The notes beneath the pieces are model-generated. The model ran no database searches and was not told the DNA's origin. It was given only the letters and a program-made list of their open reading frames with translations. 64,000 nucleotides of DNA, from the IMG/VR virus record IMGVR_UViG_3300035661_000005, one strand, 5' to 3'. Made by a program: the position numbers and the translations under genes. The DNA comes from a virus (Duplodnaviria; Caudoviricetes). Positions 9,678 through 19,262 of this stretch are shown here, piece by piece. How positions within the stretch are numbered: the stretch's first letter is position 1; every line of letters begins with the position of its first letter.

Positions 9678-9968
9678 ATGACCAAGGCTCAGTTCGTCGA
9701 AGCACTCGCCACCAACCTCGGGATCCCCAAGCCGGAAGCGGCCAATATCGTCGAGTCGTACACCGCCCTCGCCCTCGCCACGCTCAAAGCGGAGGGCGAG
9801 ATCACCCTACCGGGGCTCGTGAAGATCGTCCTCAAGGACAAGCCGGCGCAGCCCGAGAAGCAGAAGATGAACCCGTTCACCAAGACCATGGTGACGGTCA
9901 AGGCGAAGCCGGCCTCGAAGAAGGTCGTCGCCCGTCCGGTCGGCCCGCTCAAGAAGGCCATCGCCTGA
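9678..9968 (+). CDS. hup: HU-family histone-like DNA-binding protein
   Basis: MTKAQFVEALA, GEITLPGLVKI, MNPFTK arm motif. Confidence 0.92.
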   Translation: MTKAQFVEALATNLGIPKPEAANIVESYTALALATLKAEGEITLPGLVKIVLKDKPAQPEKQKMNPFTKTMVTVKAKPASKKVVARPVGPLKKAIA

Positions 9969-10000
9969 TCGGTAGCCTACTGATACGGTGCCGATCAGGT

Positions 10001-10522
10001 ATGTCCGTCGGACTCATCGTAGCTGCTGACCCCAACTGGCTGATTGGGGTCGATGGGAAGCTCCCGTGGCGATATCCCGCCGACCTTCGACGCTTTCGGG
10101 CGTTGACGATCGGCGGGACGCTCATTCTGGGCTCCAAGACCTTCTACTCGCTGCCCAAGCCCTTGGAGGGGCGGACGACGATCATTTTGTCGCGTGGGAG
10201 GGGGCCAGCGGTCTGGAAGCACCGGCCAGATGTGCTAGTAGACAGCCTTGGGGCAGCTTTGGACAAGGCCAAGGATCTGGGGCGCCCTGTGTGGATCGCT
10301 GGTGGTGCGGAGATCTACCGCGCTGCTTTGGCCATGGACGTGGTGGACTTCATCGATCTGACGATCGTGCCGATTTTTGAGATCACACCACAACCGTACG
10401 AGCAGACGTTCACGTACTTTCCCCACAGCCACCTCGATCGTTTTCGGAGAGTGCAGGTCGAACGCAATGTCGATGACGACCGGCTCACCCATCAACGCTA
10501 CGAGCGCAGCCGGTACTCATGA
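10001..10522 (+). CDS. folA: Dihydrofolate reductase
   Basis: LIGVDGKLPWRYPADLRRFRALT, ILGSKTF, PLEGR, WIAGGAEIY. Confidence 0.93.
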   Translation: MSVGLIVAADPNWLIGVDGKLPWRYPADLRRFRALTIGGTLILGSKTFYSLPKPLEGRTTIILSRGRGPAVWKHRPDVLVDSLGAALDKAKDLGRPVWIAGGAEIYRAALAMDVVDFIDLTIVPIFEITPQPYEQTFTYFPHSHLDRFRRVQVERNVDDDRLTHQRYERSRYS

Positions 10523-10998
10523 GCAACGAGCAGAAACGCGCCTCGGTCTTCATCGCGGTCGAGAAGTCCAAGTACGAGACTCCCTACGATGTGGCCAAGG
10601 CGGTCATCCGTGCGGGTCAGGAGAAGCGTCGGCTCTTCAAGGAGCTGGAGCTACTCGACGTGATGTCCTACGGGGGGCGGCAGTTCGTCCGCTTCCGGTG
10701 TGACACCAAGGCCCCGCGGACGATCCTACGGCACCTCTTCACCAGTGAGAGGCGCAACGTAGTCATGCCCGCCAAGGATGGCATGACGTTCGAGGTGTGG
10801 ATCGGGACTCGGCGTGGATCGGTCTCCAGCTACCAGATGCACGAAGCCGCGAAGGATGGTTACGGCCGCATCCTCCGGGGACCGTACTTCAAGGACTGGA
10901 CGAGCCAGTTCAAGCCGAAAGTCTCTTTATCGCACCCGCATCAGCAGGGACATGATCAAGGTCGCCGCGGTTCAGTTTTCGCCCAAGTTCAAGGCTAA
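10519..10998 (+). CDS. Hypothetical protein
   Basis: ATGA overlap with folA; 3' end overlaps the nitrilase gene. Confidence 0.65.
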   Translation: MSNEQKRASVFIAVEKSKYETPYDVAKAVIRAGQEKRRLFKELELLDVMSYGGRQFVRFRCDTKAPRTILRHLFTSERRNVVMPAKDGMTFEVWIGTRRGSVSSYQMHEAAKDGYGRILRGPYFKDWTSQFKPKVSLSHPHQQGHDQGRRGSVFAQVQG

Positions 10999-11698
10999 GG
11001 AGGAGAACCTCCGCCGGCTCGTCGAATTCGTCTACGAGGCATCCAAGGCCGGGGCGAAGCTCGTCGTGTTGCCGGAGCTGGCGACCACGGGCTACTCCTT
11101 CATGAGTGCCGAGGAGGCGGAGGAGTTTGCCGAGAACGTCGACGTGGATGGGCGGACCTTCCGGGTCATGTCCCGTCTCTCGGCACGCTTGGGTGTTCAC
11201 ATCGTGTGGGGGATGGTCGAGTCCGAGCTGGGCTCCCATCAGCTCTACAATTCCCAGGTCATCGTGGCGCCAGATGGCAAGTGGGCCAAATACGCCAAGG
11301 TCAACCTCTGGGGGAACGACTGGCTCTGGGCCACGGAGGGGCGTGCGAATCCGTCCATCCTGGAGTGCGACTTTGGCGGAGATACGCGCAAGGTCGGCCT
11401 GCTCATCTGCCGGGATGTGCGGGACAAGAAAGATGACACCTGGGCCTCCTTCTACGAGAAGGGGGACGCCGACATCGTTTGCCTGTCTGCCAACTGGGGC
11501 GATGGCGGGTTCCCGGCGATCACGTGGATCGACTTCGCCCGGGACAACAAGACCACCCTGGTCGTTTCGAACCGCTGGGGCAAAGAGGTTCCCAACGACT
11601 TCGGTGAGGGTGGCGTCTGCGTCATCGAGCCTACGGCCAAGGTCCACTGCAAGGGGCTCATCTGGAGCCAGGACTGCATCGTCTACGCTGAGGTATAA
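10952..11698 (+). CDS. Carbon-nitrogen hydrolase (nitrilase family)
   Basis: MIKVAAVQF start; E-K-C triad LPELATTGY, YAKVNL, LICRD. Confidence 0.92.
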   Translation: MIKVAAVQFSPKFKAKEENLRRLVEFVYEASKAGAKLVVLPELATTGYSFMSAEEAEEFAENVDVDGRTFRVMSRLSARLGVHIVWGMVESELGSHQLYNSQVIVAPDGKWAKYAKVNLWGNDWLWATEGRANPSILECDFGGDTRKVGLLICRDVRDKKDDTWASFYEKGDADIVCLSANWGDGGFPAITWIDFARDNKTTLVVSNRWGKEVPNDFGEGGVCVIEPTAKVHCKGLIWSQDCIVYAEV

Positions 11699-11701
11699 AC
11701 C

Positions 11702-12772
11702 ATGATCGCCGCCAACGTCGTACGTCGTTTCCTCGCCTCAGGCATCCCGGACCTGCAGGGCATCCAAGACAACCTGGAAGCGCTCAAGGAGCTGGATGCG
11801 AACCTCACTGGCATCGAGGATGCGTTCGATAACCACTTCGATCTGACGGCGGCGAGCGCCCTGGAGCCTGTGGTCGACTCCCAGATCAAGAGCATCTTGA
11901 AGGCAAAGGAGGGCCTCAAGGCAGCCCAGGAGATGGTCAAGCAGACGGACATCATCCTGAACGCCTTCCCGGACGAGAAGGGGGCGCTCAAGACCAAGGC
12001 GGAAGCCGTCAAGATGGTCGAGCGCTTCACCAAGCACATGGAGGCGGCGCGGAAGATCGTCCGGACCATCTCGAAGAAGGCTCAGCCGGACGCCCTCAAG
12101 AAGGAAACGGCCATCGCGGAGAAGCTCATCTCGGCGCGGCTGGTGAACCCGGCGGCCCTCGACGTGATCCACTGGCAGACGCTGGAGCGAGGCTACATCC
12201 CCGGGGCCTACGGCCGTGACCAGAACGTCAAATGCGTGACCATGCTCTCGATCTTCCGGATCGAGGGCTCGCCCTGGAAGCGCAACGAGGGGGAGCCGAC
12301 CCTCCGGGAGTCCACGGACGCCCGCCTCCCTGGCGTTCACTGGACCATCGGCTACGAGCGGTCCGCCGGACCGTCGAGCGGCAAGGACTTCGCCGAGGCG
12401 GTCTTCAAGGCGCTCCGTGGGTGGCCTGGCCTCAAGGGTGAGGCCGAGGCTACCCAAGCGCGAGCGGGCACGGCGGCAGCCATCGCGAAGAAGCTCGACT
12501 CGGTCGCCCAAAGGCTCACTCGGCTCGACCACGACCGCGTCGAGATCTCGGACGACAAGACGGAGATCTCCACGTCGTACCGCTCGAACCTCCCGAAGGA
12601 GGGTGCGTACGATGTGGGTTCGTCCCGTTACGAGGAGATGGTCTCGGCCGAGATCAATAGGTGTCGGAGGACGTTGGATCCGGAGATCGCCAACTGGAAG
12701 GACGCCATCAAGAGCGTCGACGTCCACGACGGCGAGAAGGGCTGGATCTACATCACGGTCCGGCTGAAGTAG
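11702..12772 (+). CDS. Hypothetical protein with N-terminal NVVRRFL tag
   Basis: Strong codon bias; MIAANVVRRFLAS start. Confidence 0.85.
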   Translation: MIAANVVRRFLASGIPDLQGIQDNLEALKELDANLTGIEDAFDNHFDLTAASALEPVVDSQIKSILKAKEGLKAAQEMVKQTDIILNAFPDEKGALKTKAEAVKMVERFTKHMEAARKIVRTISKKAQPDALKKETAIAEKLISARLVNPAALDVIHWQTLERGYIPGAYGRDQNVKCVTMLSIFRIEGSPWKRNEGEPTLRESTDARLPGVHWTIGYERSAGPSSGKDFAEAVFKALRGWPGLKGEAEATQARAGTAAAIAKKLDSVAQRLTRLDHDRVEISDDKTEISTSYRSNLPKEGAYDVGSSRYEEMVSAEINRCRRTLDPEIANWKDAIKSVDVHDGEKGWIYITVRLK

Positions 12773-12774
12773 GG

Positions 12775-12802
12775 TTGATCGGGGGCGTGTAGGCCCTGTA
12801 GA
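12775..12802 (+). promoter_or_regulatory. TTGATC-N16-TGTAGA promoter, ATG 6 nt downstream
   Basis: Exact motif and spacing seen at many intergenic sites. Confidence 0.8.
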
Positions 12803-12808
12803 TGGATC

Positions 12809-13057
12809 ATGGCAAAGCTCACGAAGTTCTGGGTGGTCCGGGACCCGAGCCCCGTCTCCGAGATCAACGACATCCTCTTCGAATCCGATCCGGTCAAGTA
12901 CGCGGCCTACTGCGTCGGGGCCGGGTACCGCAATGTCAAGGACGAGCACACCGCGGTATACACGACCGAGGGCGAGGCCAAGAAGGACGCCCTGGCGCGG
13001 CTCCAGGCGGAGAAGAAGCCCGTCTCGCCGTACCGTGCCCCGCCTCCCGAGGGGTAA
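12809..13057 (+). CDS. Hypothetical protein
   Basis: Leaderless promoter upstream, codon bias. Confidence 0.75.
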   Translation: MAKLTKFWVVRDPSPVSEINDILFESDPVKYAAYCVGAGYRNVKDEHTAVYTTEGEAKKDALARLQAEKKPVSPYRAPPPEG

Positions 13058-13098
13058 CAAGTACGGACTAACCCCTCCCGGTGTAAAGAGAGGGTGCC

Positions 13099-15357
13099 AT
13101 GTCGAGGACGTCCACCCCACACTGCTCGTTCTGCAACAAGCCTCGGAACGAGGTGAAGGCCCTCATCGGCAACGACGAGGGTCCGTACATCTGCAACCGT
13201 TGCCTGGAGAACGGCTTCCGGGCGCTCTCGAACGCCCGGAAGGCCGCCGCGCAGACGTCCGCCAAGGACGAGCCCCTCCGCAAGCCGCGGGAGATCAAGG
13301 CGACGCTCGACCAGCACGTCATCGCCCAGGACCGGGCCAAGATGGACATCGCGGTCGCCGTCTACAACCACTACAAGCGGCGCGAGGCGCTCAAAGCGGG
13401 CACCGACCTCGGCGGGGTCGAGATCGCCAAATCGAATATCCTCTTGATGGGGCCCTCCGGCTGCCATCGGCGGGGCCAACGCATCCTCATGTACGACGGA
13501 TCGCTTAAAGCGGTCGAAGACGTGCGGGTGGGGGACTGTGTGATGGGGCCTGACAGCACCCCTCGCAACGTCCTGGAGCTGCACACCGGCACGGAAGAGA
13601 TGGTCGAGATCACCCCGACCAAGGGGGCCCCCTGGGTCGTCAACAAGGGGCACATCTTGACGGTCTTCGAGTACGACAAGGGTCTCGTGGACGTGTCCCT
13701 TCGGGAGTGGTTGGGCTGGTCGGAGAAGCGTCGCACGGAGTCGAAACTCGTGCGCGTGGGCGTGGACTTCCCCCTCTCCGGGAAGACTCTTCCTATCGAG
13801 CCCTACTTTCTCGGGGTTCTGCTCGGAGACGGGTCGTTGGCCCCCCATGTTCGAGTGACCTCGGCGGACTCTGAGATCGTGGCGGCTGTTCGTGCCTGCG
13901 CCCAGGACTTCGGGCTCCAGGTCAACTCTTACGCAAAGGCCACCACTTCGGCCCGTGACTACGTTCTGGCTGGAACGAAGGGCAAACGGAACCCGGTGGC
14001 CGAAGCCCTCGACTCGTTGGGCTTGTGGGGCAGCCGTAGCGAGAACAAGTTCGTCCCTCAGTCGTACCTCACGGCATCGCGTGAAGATCGCTTGGCTCTT
14101 CTCGCTGGTCTGATCGACACCGATGGCTGTTACCGGGACAAGCCCCCTTGCTTCGATTTCACCAGCAAGTCGGAGAAGCTCGCCCAAGATGTCGCCTTCC
14201 TGGCCCGCAGCCTGGGCTTTGCGGCGTATCCCCGGCCGTTCATGAAAGACGGTACGGCGTACTTCCAGATGAGTATCTCGGGGGACATCGACACGATTCC
14301 GGTCAAGGTGGAGCGGAAGAAGGCTCGGGCTCGTCACGAAAATGGGCGGGACGTTCTGCGGGTCGGATTCACGACTCGCGACCTCCCGGCTGAGGAGTAC
14401 TTCGGCTTCGTCCTCGACGGCGACCATCGGTACCTGCTTGACGACTTCACCGTGACCCACAACACCGGCAAGACGGAGATCGCCCGCACGATCTCGAGGA
14501 TGCTCCGGGTGCCTTTCTTCGTCGGTGACGCCTCCCGACTGACCCAGGCGGGCTACGTCGGCGACGACGTGGAGTCCCTCCTCCAGGGGCTCGTGCAGGA
14601 TGCCGACGGAGACGTGGAACGCGCCCAGTGGGGGATCGTCTTCATCGACGAATTCGACAAGCTGGCCCGCAAGTCGGGCCGCGGTGCCACGGGCTACCGT
14701 GACGTCTCTGGGGAGGGTGTGCAGCAGGCCCTCCTCAAGATCCTCGAAGGCTCGAAGATCGTCGTCCCCCGCGGCATGGGGCGGGTCGCGATGGGGTCCG
14801 GTAGCGGGGACGTGTTCGACACCTCCAACGTGCTCTTCATCTGCGCGGGTTCGTTCGCGGGGATCGAGGAGGTCATCGAGAAGCGTGTGAACAACCGGGC
14901 GAGCCTCGGGTTCGGCGCCGCGGAGCGGAAGAAGCTCACCAAGACGGACATCTACCTCCATGTGACCGAGGATGACGTCCTGGAATTCGGCCTCATCCCG
15001 GAGCTGATGGGGCGTCTGCCGGTCTTGACGACGGTCGTGGATCTGACCGAGGATGAGATGGTGCGCATCCTGACGGAGCCGCGGAACGCGATCATCAAGC
15101 AGTTTCAGGCGCTTTTCTCAATCGACGGTATCGACCTCCAGTTCGACGAGGCAGCGCTCCGGGCCATCGCCCGGGAGGCCAAGATGCGGCCCACGGGCGC
15201 CCGTGCCTTGCGCTCCATCGTGGAGAAGGTGCTCCAACCCTACTGCTTCGACGCCCCGAGCGACCCGACCATCAAAGCGCTCCGGGTGACGGAGGAGACG
15301 GTGAACGGGACGGGCAAGGCGATCGTCGTGACCCGTGAGGCTGCCGCCACGGGTTGA
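13099..15357 (+). CDS. clpX: ClpX ATP-dependent unfoldase precursor containing an intein
   Basis: C4 zinc-binding domain CSFC..CNRC, V(I)AQDRAK, GPSG/TGKT Walker A, LTQAGYVGDDV, FIDEFDK, RDVSGEGVQQALLK, GAR.LRSIVE. Confidence 0.97.
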   Translation: MSRTSTPHCSFCNKPRNEVKALIGNDEGPYICNRCLENGFRALSNARKAAAQTSAKDEPLRKPREIKATLDQHVIAQDRAKMDIAVAVYNHYKRREALKAGTDLGGVEIAKSNILLMGPSGCHRRGQRILMYDGSLKAVEDVRVGDCVMGPDSTPRNVLELHTGTEEMVEITPTKGAPWVVNKGHILTVFEYDKGLVDVSLREWLGWSEKRRTESKLVRVGVDFPLSGKTLPIEPYFLGVLLGDGSLAPHVRVTSADSEIVAAVRACAQDFGLQVNSYAKATTSARDYVLAGTKGKRNPVAEALDSLGLWGSRSENKFVPQSYLTASREDRLALLAGLIDTDGCYRDKPPCFDFTSKSEKLAQDVAFLARSLGFAAYPRPFMKDGTAYFQMSISGDIDTIPVKVERKKARARHENGRDVLRVGFTTRDLPAEEYFGFVLDGDHRYLLDDFTVTHNTGKTEIARTISRMLRVPFFVGDASRLTQAGYVGDDVESLLQGLVQDADGDVERAQWGIVFIDEFDKLARKSGRGATGYRDVSGEGVQQALLKILEGSKIVVPRGMGRVAMGSGSGDVFDTSNVLFICAGSFAGIEEVIEKRVNNRASLGFGAAERKKLTKTDIYLHVTEDDVLEFGLIPELMGRLPVLTTVVDLTEDEMVRILTEPRNAIIKQFQALFSIDGIDLQFDEAALRAIAREAKMRPTGARALRSIVEKVLQPYCFDAPSDPTIKALRVTEETVNGTGKAIVVTREAAATG
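13462..14463 (+). mobile_element. Intein (334 aa) with LAGLIDADG endonuclease in the ClpX P-loop
   Basis: GPSG|CHRRGQRILMYDG ... LGVLLGDG, LLAGLIDTDG ... YLLDDFTVTHN|TGKT. Confidence 0.95.
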
Positions 15358-15381
15358 TCGGCGCCGAGCTGCCCCTGTAGA
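15354..15381 (+). promoter_or_regulatory. TTGATC-N16-TGTAGA promoter, ATG 6 nt downstream
   Basis: Exact motif overlapping the clpX stop. Confidence 0.8.
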
Positions 15382-15387
15382 TAGGGC

Positions 15388-15672
15388 ATGACCGACAGCG
15401 TCTCCCTCCGCGTCGACTACATGGTCCCGGTCCTGACGAAGTCGAACAAGCCGAAGACCTACGAGCTTCGGCGGTTCGTCCTGGCGAATCGGATCGGCGT
15501 GGACGACTACGCGACGCTCAAGAGCGACGCGAACAAGCTCTGGGGTATCTTCCGGGCGGGCTTCGAGGCCAAGCTGGCGGAGCCGCTCAAGGGGTGGCCG
15601 ATCCACTTCCGCGTTCCGAGGATCGTAGCAAGGCCAAGGCGAACAAATGAGCAAGTCCCGCCGATATTTTGA
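15388..15672 (+). CDS. Hypothetical protein
   Basis: Leaderless promoter, codon bias. Confidence 0.7.
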   Translation: MTDSVSLRVDYMVPVLTKSNKPKTYELRRFVLANRIGVDDYATLKSDANKLWGIFRAGFEAKLAEPLKGWPIHFRVPRIVARPRRTNEQVPPIF

Positions 15673-16573
15673 GGTCACGGATGCCACGTCGCTGATCGGC
15701 GAAGTGCTGACGCTCGACTACTTCCATCCGGCGAAGAACGGCGCCATCCCGATCCCTGCGCACTTCGTCCGCGGTCCGGCGGAGACCCCGCTCGTCCTCG
15801 TGGTCGGTGAGAACGCGTCGGGCAAGTCGTTCATCCGTCGTCTGGTGACGGCAGTCTGCCGCGAGGTTTCCATCGAGTGTATCCACACCTCGATGGAGGG
15901 CCGCGGGGGCTCTTACGGTGGACTGCGGGGGTTCATCTACGGGGACGAGTCGTGGAAGTCGACGGGGGTGAACTCCGTGGGCACTGTTAGCATGGGGATC
16001 CGTACGTGCCTGGCCCGTGAGAAGTCGCACGTGGTCTTCTGGGACGAGCCTGATCTCGGCCTCTCGGAGAACGGGGCGGCCGGCGTGGGTCAGGCGATCG
16101 CGAGCTACGCGATGAGCCCGAACCCGAAGACGGTTGCGGCCGTCGTCGTGACGCACTCGAAGCCGCTCGTGCAGGAGATCCTGCATCAGTTGACCCCGCA
16201 CTACCTCCACCTCGGTGTGGGTCCTCTCAAGGCGCCCGCGACGCTCGCCGACTGGATCAAGATGCCGGTCGTCCCTCGATCGATCGAAGACATCGAGAAG
16301 GAGGGCCTTCGTCGCTTCAAGTTGATCCAGGCGATCCTGAACAAAAAAGAAAGACTCGTGACTCGCCATCGTGCAGCCAGCTCGTACGGGCACCTCATCC
16401 TGCATCTGGGGGCGGGGAGCTTCCGCATCTCGTGGACGGTGGATCGCTACTACGCGGGTAGCCGTCTTCGATATCCGCGCGGCTTCGAGCGCGTCACGGA
16501 TCTGGCGGGCGCGCGGCGGTTCGCGCGCAAGCACGGTCTCCCGGCCCCTGACTCCAAGGAACATGCGTTATGA
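15647..16573 (+). CDS. ABC/AAA-type P-loop ATPase, possibly fused to a small downstream ORF
   Basis: VVGENASGKS Walker A, VFWDEPDLGL Walker B/D-loop, VVTHS H-loop. Confidence 0.8.
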   Translation: MSKSRRYFEVTDATSLIGEVLTLDYFHPAKNGAIPIPAHFVRGPAETPLVLVVGENASGKSFIRRLVTAVCREVSIECIHTSMEGRGGSYGGLRGFIYGDESWKSTGVNSVGTVSMGIRTCLAREKSHVVFWDEPDLGLSENGAAGVGQAIASYAMSPNPKTVAAVVVTHSKPLVQEILHQLTPHYLHLGVGPLKAPATLADWIKMPVVPRSIEDIEKEGLRRFKLIQAILNKKERLVTRHRAASSYGHLILHLGAGSFRISWTVDRYYAGSRLRYPRGFERVTDLAGARRFARKHGLPAPDSKEHAL

Positions 16574-18768
16574 CCGACAAGCTGGCGCGCCCCAGGATGG
16601 CGGACGAGGTTCTCCGTGGGGACGAACCGGAGATCGGCCGTTGGTACTGGGTCCGTGACGATGCGGACGATGAGCCGTGTCTCGCGTGCGTTGTCACGAT
16701 GGGCTCGAACTTCATCGGCCTTGAGGGGGTTGGTTGCGCCACGCGTATCCACAACGACGACTTCTGGTCCCGTTGTACCTACGAGCCCAACGCCGAGCAG
16801 GTCATCCAGGGGAAGATTCGCGGCTACCAGGAGAACACGAAGCTCCTGGTGCGTAAGGTGCAGGAGATCACGTCGCGTCTCGCGATCACGCCGGGGCTCG
16901 CGCTCTCGGACGGTCAGCCCGAGAAGACGGAGACCGCACTTGTCGCGATGCGTGGGGAGATGCGTCCGGCGAGCGAGTACAAGGCGGCGCTCATCAAAGC
17001 GAAGAAAGAGGATCTCCCGCAGCTCTTCCAAGAGATCGAGAGCAACAACACGGCGATGGGCAGGTGGATGAAGGCCACGCTCATCCCGCTTCGGGCGCAG
17101 GCGGAGGGCCTGAAGTCCACCATTGGAGCGATCGAAGAGCGCATCTTCTCGGTCGAGCTGTACGCAGGTCTCGTTGAGACGGTCACGCAGTTCGCGGACG
17201 GCGCGCCCGCACCGACCCACGAGAAGATCCATCTCTTCCAGCGCCGGCACTACATGGACGAAGAGTGCCTCGTCAACTACGAGACGGGTGGGATGGAGTT
17301 CGCGAACCTCGGCGAGTTCGATCAGTGGCTCGCGCGCCCCGTGAACCGTGATCGCATCCTGCCGTACCCGCGCACCATCGCGGCTTTTCAGGTCCGGCGA
17401 AACCGGAAGGGACGTGACACGCTTAGCCTCAGTGACTTCATCAGTGTCATGGAGTTGGACAAGGCTGACAAGGCGACCTTCCTCTACATCCGCAACGGCG
17501 AGCAGCTCTTCCGCCTGGGCACGGAGATCGACTTCGGGGAGAGACTCTTCCTCGATCTCGATCAGCAGCTCGTCGACCGCGGGACGATCTGGGTCAAGAT
17601 GTCCTGCGGGAAAGTGAAGCGGATGATCTCCGATCACGAGTACCAGGCGATGCTCGAAGAAGAGCGTCGTATTGACGCGGAGTGGGAAAAAGCACCCGAG
17701 ACAGAGAGGTGGCGGCACTCGCACTTTCACGAGACGAGCGAGTACCAGCCCTTCGATCGCTCGAACGTCTACTACGACGAGATCGTGAAGCACCTCGCGG
17801 ATGAGGCCGCGCGCCACAACCGGCTCGTGCTCGTTCTCCAGGGGCTCCTCGATCGATCCCCGGTCATGCACCCGCACCCTGCGTGGTCGCTGTGGACGCC
17901 GGAAGGCTTCACGGCGGGCCTGACGCTCGTCTACGACGATTCTCGTGCTCTGGTCGCGGGGGAGCGCCCGGACTTCGAGGCCTATCGTGCGCGACTGAAT
18001 GCCTCGTTGAAGGCGGGGTCCATCACGGTCGGGCAGGACGACGCCTGGGCCCGTGCGGAAGCCGACAAGGAGTACGAGCGCGAGAGCGCGCGGGGACACG
18101 GGAGTTACCGCCCGACGCACCACCGGCCCTACGGCAACCCCGGCCCCGGGATGCTGGCTCGTGTGGTGCGGTACGCGCCGCGTGCGAAGACCTGCACCTA
18201 CGAATGGGAGCGGCAGCGTCGGACCTACGACGAGGACTACTACAAGGGTCGCCGCACGGTCCCCGTGTCGTTCACGACGGAGACCTCGAACATCTTGAAC
18301 GTCGACGCCTACCGGCCCGGCGACTTCAAGATGTTCTTCAACGACCCGCGCACGCGTGCGGACTACCTGGAGTGGGCGCCGCTGCTCTTGGAGGCCGAGG
18401 AGTACCACGCGGGCAACCGCAAGGTGCAGGAGCCCCCGGTCCCGACCGTCCGCAAGAAGTCCGAAGAGGGTTCCTGGGAGTACGAGAAGCGCAAGTGTCG
18501 TCGAGCCTTGCGAGGGAAGGCGGTGCGCCTTACCCGCGCCGTCACGACGCGGGGCGGGACCAAGTACGAGGTCGGCTCCCTCTGGCGCGTGACGGGCAGT
18601 CACGGCGATCTTTGTACGATCACGGGCATCACGCCGGACGGCAAGACTGAGATGAACGACGCAGGTTGCGTCGCGCGTCTTGTTTGCAACGTCGACTCCT
18701 ACTCGTTCGACGTGGACGAGACGATCCCGAAGGCACCGAAGGCACCGAAGCACGACGACGAGTCGTAG
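16570..18768 (+). CDS. Large hypothetical protein with coiled-coil N-terminal half
   Basis: 732-aa ORF, ATGA coupling, codon bias. Confidence 0.85.
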   Translation: MTDKLARPRMADEVLRGDEPEIGRWYWVRDDADDEPCLACVVTMGSNFIGLEGVGCATRIHNDDFWSRCTYEPNAEQVIQGKIRGYQENTKLLVRKVQEITSRLAITPGLALSDGQPEKTETALVAMRGEMRPASEYKAALIKAKKEDLPQLFQEIESNNTAMGRWMKATLIPLRAQAEGLKSTIGAIEERIFSVELYAGLVETVTQFADGAPAPTHEKIHLFQRRHYMDEECLVNYETGGMEFANLGEFDQWLARPVNRDRILPYPRTIAAFQVRRNRKGRDTLSLSDFISVMELDKADKATFLYIRNGEQLFRLGTEIDFGERLFLDLDQQLVDRGTIWVKMSCGKVKRMISDHEYQAMLEEERRIDAEWEKAPETERWRHSHFHETSEYQPFDRSNVYYDEIVKHLADEAARHNRLVLVLQGLLDRSPVMHPHPAWSLWTPEGFTAGLTLVYDDSRALVAGERPDFEAYRARLNASLKAGSITVGQDDAWARAEADKEYERESARGHGSYRPTHHRPYGNPGPGMLARVVRYAPRAKTCTYEWERQRRTYDEDYYKGRRTVPVSFTTETSNILNVDAYRPGDFKMFFNDPRTRADYLEWAPLLLEAEEYHAGNRKVQEPPVPTVRKKSEEGSWEYEKRKCRRALRGKAVRLTRAVTTRGGTKYEVGSLWRVTGSHGDLCTITGITPDGKTEMNDAGCVARLVCNVDSYSFDVDETIPKAPKAPKHDDES

Positions 18769-18786
18769 CTGGTGTACGTGAGCGGT

Positions 18787-18993
18787 ATGACGACTCGTCC
18801 TACCCCCACCCTCGCGGAACTGCGCGCGCTCTGTAAAGTCGTCTCGACCTGGGTTGACGAGAACCACGTCTACGACGCGGAGACTCTCTACCGGCGTACC
18901 CTGGAGCGAGGGAAACACCGGGTGCTGGCGAGAGAGCTGGGATCAAGTTTTACTGCCGATCTTGTGACAGGATTTCGCACGCGGACGTGGTAG
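18787..18993 (+). CDS. Hypothetical protein
   Basis: GGTGTACG element upstream; weaker codon bias at the 3' end. Confidence 0.45.
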   Translation: MTTRPTPTLAELRALCKVVSTWVDENHVYDAETLYRRTLERGKHRVLARELGSSFTADLVTGFRTRTW

Positions 18994-18994
18994 G

Positions 18995-19197
18995 AGGGAT
19001 CAACTTGCTCGGACGTTCCGAGGACAAACAAGTCGGTCCTGATGATCACCCGTCTGTAGTGAAAGCCATCTTGAGAGAGCGATACCGGATTCGCCGGGAC
19101 AGTTCCTCAAGGGGTAATTTCGCGCTCGTACCGTCGAGCCGGAGGCTTACTACCGAGGGATCTCTTTCGAGAGATATCGGCACAGCTTCAAATCAGG
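18995..19197 (+). ncRNA. Candidate multi-stem structured RNA
   Basis: At least seven nested helices, e.g. CTCGGA/TCCGAG, GTAGT-AAGCC/GGCTT-ACTAC, CTTGAG/CTCAAG, TCTCT-TTCG-AGAGA; strand uncertain. Confidence 0.55.
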
Positions 19198-19262
19198 TGG
19201 CAGCTCATGCATAAGTTTGAGTAACTTCCCGAGTACGGTCCCTGCACTACGACCCTACCCCC

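Noticed and set aside
15620-15645. PRIVARP in the 15388 ORF as another basic tag
   Set aside because: It lacks the aromatic residue after R, and the gene belongs to the leaderless-promoter class
19038-19068. CTGATGA...GAAA resembling a hammerhead ribozyme core
   Set aside because: Stem II lacks a closing pair, and no stem I/III arrangement places an NUH cleavage triplet correctly
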